Shown: positions 44,365-45,985 of the stretch, piece after piece
How the letters are laid out: each line of letters begins with the position of its first letter
Numbering within the stretch: the first letter of the stretch is position 1
NCBI GenBank assembly: GCA_964543655.1
Contig: CAZIZE010000053.1
Location: forward strand, 1 to 45,985
Direction: 5' to 3'
Source of the DNA: an uncultured bacterium
Lineage (GTDB): Bacteria; DYJV01
DNA length: 45,985 nt
Translations under genes and position numbers: made by a program
The notes under the pieces: generated by a model
Told to the model about the DNA's origin: nothing
What the model saw: the letters and a program-made list of their open reading frames with translations, nothing else
Database searches by the model: none

Positions 44365-44811
44365 ATGAGCTTAATAAAATGGTCACCAATCAGAGATTTA
44401 CTTTCTATTCAAGAAGAAATGAACAAATTATTTGACGAAAGGCTTGACAAATTTACAGGTGGTGCTGATATTCAAAATAGAGTTTGGGAACCACTTGTAG
44501 ATATTTATGAGCAAGATGACAAATTTGTAATTAAAGCTGAAGTTCCAGAAGTAAACAAAGAAGACATTCAAATTAATATTGAAAATAATGTGCTTACTTT
44601 AAAGGGTGAAAGAAAGTTTGAAAAGCAAGAAGAGAAAGAGAATTATCACAGAGCAGAGAGATACTACGGAATGTTCCAGAGGTCTTTTACACTGCCATCA
44701 ACAGTTGATGCTGATAAAATTAAAGCAAGCCTTGACAAAGGTGTTCTCACAATTGAGATACCTAAAAAAGAAGAAGTAAAACCTAAGAAAATTGAAATTG
44801 ACATTAAATAG
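44365..44811 (+). CDS. Small heat shock protein Hsp20/alpha-crystallin family
   Basis: [54 protein letters not shown]. Confidence 0.96.
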   Translation: MSLIKWSPIRDLLSIQEEMNKLFDERLDKFTGGADIQNRVWEPLVDIYEQDDKFVIKAEVPEVNKEDIQINIENNVLTLKGERKFEKQEEKENYHRAERYYGMFQRSFTLPSTVDADKIKASLDKGVLTIEIPKKEEVKPKKIEIDIK

Positions 44812-45985
44812 AGGGGATTTCCCCTCTTTTTTTTTCAAGTACAATAAAACCAAGAGGTGGTAATGTGATACTTACATATTGCTGATAATTATGATACCAT
44901 CCTTTAATTGGATGAACCCTCCCTAAATTTCCAACATTACTGCCACCATAGATGTATGAATCACTATTGAAAATTTCAATATAAAGCTCATTTTCAGGCA
45001 CACCTAATTTATAATTAAACCTTACCACAGGAGTAAAATTAAATATAAATATAAGGTAATTTCCTTCTTTATCTTTTCTTATAAATGAGATAATACTGTT
45101 TTCAGAATCATTGCAATCTATCCACTGAAATCCATTATAATCAGAATCAAGTTCGTATAATTCCTTTTTTTTCAAATAGAGCAAATTTAAATCTTTAACA
45201 AAAACATTAAAAGATTTATGCAAATTATTAGAGAGTAGATACCATGGTAGCTCTTCTTTAAAATTCCATTCATTGATTTGTGCAAGTTCAGCACCCATAA
45301 ATAAAAGTTTTTTACCTGGATGAGCCCACATATAACCTAACAGCAACCTTAAATTTGCAAATTTTTGCCACATATCACCTGGCATCTTGCATAGAAGAGA
45401 TTTTTTTAAATGAACAACCTCATCATGTGAAAGAACAAGAATATAATTCTCACTAAATGCGTAAAACATCGAGAAAGTAAGTTTATCATGGTGATACTTC
45501 CTGTAAATTGGATCTTGAGAAAAATAAAAAAGAGTATCATTCATCCAGCCCATATTCCACTTGTAACCAAATCCAAGGCCACCAAGATGAACTGGCCTGG
45601 TAACCATTGGCCAGGCTGTTGATTCCTCTGCAATGGTCATTATTCCATGAAAGTTCCCATAGCAGATATAGTTCAGCTCTTTTAAAAACTCTATTGCTTC
45701 AAGGTTTTCTCTGCCGCCATACTTATTGGGCTCCCATTCACCATCCTTTCTTGAATAATCAAGGTATAGCATTGATGCAACTGCATCTATTCTTAACCCA
45801 TCAACATGAAATTCTTTAAACCAGAAATATGCGTTTGATATTAGAAAATTTCTAACTTCATTTCTACCATAGTTAAAAATATATGTGTCCCAGTCAGGAT
45901 GATAACCTTTTAAAGGACTTGCATGCTCATAGAGATGCGTTCCATCAAACATTGCAAGACCATGTGAATCTTTAGGGAAATGTGC
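44804..45985 (-). CDS. glgB: 1,4-alpha-glucan branching enzyme, partial (5' end outside window)
   Basis: Open frame to the window edge ([15 protein letters not shown]...), [47 protein letters not shown]. Confidence 0.97.
   Translation of the reverse strand, partial: AHFPKDSHGLAMFDGTHLYEHASPLKGYHPDWDTYIFNYGRNEVRNFLISNAYFWFKEFHVDGLRIDAVASMLYLDYSRKDGEWEPNKYGGRENLEAIEFLKELNYICYGNFHGIMTIAEESTAWPMVTRPVHLGGLGFGYKWNMGWMNDTLFYFSQDPIYRKYHHDKLTFSMFYAFSENYILVLSHDEVVHLKKSLLCKMPGDMWQKFANLRLLLGYMWAHPGKKLLFMGAELAQINEWNFKEELPWYLLSNNLHKSFNVFVKDLNLLYLKKKELYELDSDYNGFQWIDCNDSENSIISFIRKDKEGNYLIFIFNFTPVVRFNYKLGVPENELYIEIFNSDSYIYGGSNVGNLGRVHPIKGWYHNYQQYVSITLPPLGFIVLEKKRGEIPSI
44810..44835 (+). terminator. Rho-independent terminator of hsp20, lying inside the glgB 3' end
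   Basis: AGAGGGG-ATTT-CCCCTCT followed by a T8 run. Confidence 0.85.

Noticed and set aside
925-45819. Numerous 60-170 aa ORFs antisense or out of frame within long genes (e.g. 925-1218, 10994-11305, 23595-23813, 28158-28628, 29213-29704, 42315-42827)
   Set aside because: These are shadow ORFs of well-supported genes. The similarity between 10994-11305 and 23595-23813 simply mirrors the paralogy of their host genes.

Overview
This 46-kb window is chromosomal DNA from a very AT-rich, diderm, chemotactic and probably anaerobic bacterium. I found no transposase, integrase, phage gene, rRNA or CRISPR array. From left to right it holds: the 3' end of an MFS-type transporter; mutS; a leuD-leuB-cheV-small protein-polysaccharide deacetylase run; a ~20-kb, 15-gene minus-strand surface-polysaccharide operon (6706-26823); a core (folate-independent) methionine synthase-like gene; a ~200-bp MITE/REP-like element; an Orange-protein-type metallocluster operon (DUF134, 2x DUF5320, 2x ferredoxin-insert P-loop ATPase, NifB/NifX, Mrp-NifX fusion); lnt; a TonB receptor/periplasmic protein/hybrid kinase module; a DUF3365 c-heme protein plus a very long MCP; gmhB; tRNA-Arg(UCG); hsp20; and partial glgB. 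The best candidate for an undescribed system is the polysaccharide operon. It has a PelF-like synthase and a PelG-position membrane protein but no recognisable PelA/B/C/D/E. Instead it encodes a membrane-anchored HD-GYP protein with substituted catalytic-site residues, an orphan SPOR-like/TolC fusion, two paralogous GT-C-like membrane proteins, polyprenol-phosphate-type GT2s and a sugar-tailoring cassette. Other notable observations are an MCP whose signalling arms count out to ~72 heptads, a twin palindromic operator in the DUF134 promoter, an internal start site in the Mrp-NifX fusion, and three TGA stop codons that double as -35 boxes. All family assignments come from motif recognition by eye, not from database searches.
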